DNA of 64,000 nucleotides, from the NCBI GenBank assembly GCA_030265395.1, contig JARFYF010000094.1, forward strand, positions 27,081,072 to 27,145,071, written 5' to 3'. Numbering within the stretch: position 1 is the stretch's first letter; the number at the start of each line of letters is the position of its first letter. The notes below the pieces were generated by a model, which saw only the letters and a list, made by a program, of their open reading frames with translations, ran no database searches and was not told the origin of the DNA. Positions 62,550 to 64,000 of this stretch are shown here, piece by piece. A program made the translations under genes and the position numbers. This stretch comes from Rhina ancylostomus (taxonomy: Eukaryota).

Positions 62550-62775
62550 GAACATGAGAAAAAGAATCAGGAGTGGGCTTCTGATTAGCTATGGCTGACC
62601 TTTTAACTAAGCACCTTTCCTGCACTAACCCCAAATCCCTTGATTCCCTTCATATCCAAAAAAAAGACTCTCTGCCTTTAATATACTGTGCATCTGACTA
62701 TCCAATGATAGAGAAGTTCAAAGATTCACTTCATTTTTCAGTAAACAAAATGCTCTCTTTCAATCCTGCCTGATT
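62550..62775 (-). mobile_element. CR1 3' tail fragment
   Basis: aacatgagaa..aggagtggg..atggctgacct..ccccaaatcccttgattcc..agagaagttcaaagattcac. Confidence 0.55.
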
Positions 62776-63197
62776 ATTCTTCCACAGATGAAATGTTTTG
62801 ATTCCTTTGGTGTGTGTTGTCTTTTTTCTGTCTGAGATAGCCTCCTAGTTTGTACTTATCTCACCTGAGAGGACAAGGTCCAGATTTTTCCCATACCTCA
62901 AACAGTGCTCAAAGGATGTTCATGGAATAGATAATCAGTAATTCCACTTCCGATCTTTCACACTTTTGTGGGATGATCCTGGCCTCTGAGAAGATGGAGG
63001 GGGAAATTTGTGGATGCAAAACCAGATCCAGACAATATATTAAAGAGGCAACACCAACATGTTGATATCTTTATTTAATTCATTTAACAAAATTACCCAA
63101 TACACAATGTAATTGCTTTCACCACTTTTCACCAACTATTAAGCAAGCAACTTAGCAATGCAAGACAGCAGTCTCAATCCAATAAGAGGTACATCAA

Positions 63198-63257
63198 GTT
63201 TCCTGGCAACAGACAAACATTCTTGTGAAACTATAACATGTTTGGTTACCTGGCAAC
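63198..63257. promoter_or_regulatory. Pair of RFX X-box motifs
   Basis: GTTTCCTGGCAAC (63198-63210) and GTTACCTGGCAAC (63245-63257). Confidence 0.4.
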
Positions 63258-64000
63258 GACAGACACAGCAGCACACATCAGACCTTTTTTTTGTTACCAA
63301 AGGGCTTCCCTTTTTAGATGTATGATTAATTATAAGGTTAACTGGTAGTAAAGAATAAAATATTTTGGTAATTGGTGCATTATCCTTTTATGTATTACCT
63401 TTGAAGATGTGCACTACTATTTTGCCAGCCCAAAATATTTTCCAGGTCTTTATGAAGGATAATTCAACAACTGGTCACCAATCTGGCAGAGCATTTTCAG
63501 GAATCTCAGACACTAATGGATGAAATTTCATAAATGTAACAGATATTTCATAAATATATCAGAAGTACTTATTCACATCTTGAGTAGCACGAAAATGTTC
63601 ATGGTCCAAGAATTAATTATGCAGCTCCATATTGGTCTGCCTCTGATTGCTTCTGAAATTTAGTGCTTCAGGTTGAATGAAAACAAGAATGTAACAACTT
63701 GCTCATGTGAGGAATTGTGACAAATTGCAACAACTTCATAATATCATTCTGAAGTACTCCCTTGTCCTTGAGCACTGCAGTCTTAAGACTCCTTGTGTAA
63801 TAAAACTAGGAGGAGCCAGCCAGGTAAAATTTGTTACAAATGAAGAAATTTATACCACATAGTCAGAGAAAACTATGCACTTCTAAAGTTAGAAGTTCTC
63901 ACAACATTTTGTGGAGAAATCCTCCTGTTTTGACTGGTCTCAAGATAGCACTGTCTATCTAGACATCTTAGAACATAGAACGGTACATCACAGTTCCGGC

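Noticed and set aside
62770-62810. ttccacag|ATGAAATG as the next PTPRG exon (DDMEAIP...)
   Set aside because: The frame hits TGA after a few codons and shows no further similarity. The next exon lies beyond the window.
1-64000. Prokaryotic-type systems (operons, CRISPR, defence islands), rRNA or tRNA genes
   Set aside because: The sequence is spliceosomal-intron-containing vertebrate DNA. No such arrays or intact RNA genes were seen, and tRNA-like pieces are SINE heads.

Overview
AT-rich, repeat-rich vertebrate genomic DNA from a draft assembly with several N gaps. The repeat landscape (CR1 and L2 LINEs, HE1/V-type and Deu-type SINEs, palindromic Penelope-like elements) points to a cartilaginous fish. 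The window lies inside one large + strand gene, the receptor tyrosine phosphatase gamma (PTPRG) orthologue. Five consecutive, phase-compatible coding exons are recognisable: end of the FN3 domain (3984-4092), a 50-nt exon (13455-13504), the large Ser/Thr/acidic spacer exon (19378 to about 20246, interrupted by a gap), the transmembrane exon (32447-32585) and the juxtamembrane exon (58976-59067). The introns hold decayed CR1, L2, Tx1 and Gypsy fragments, at least three fossil PIF/Harbinger transposase genes and palindromic elements with degenerate hammerhead-ribozyme cores. I found no clearly new biological system. The best leads are the hammerhead-bearing palindromes, the Harbinger fossil family, possible alternative PTPRG isoforms and RFX X-box motifs, one of them inside the coding exon. 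All family calls rest on motif recognition by eye, with no database search, and repeat boundaries are approximate.
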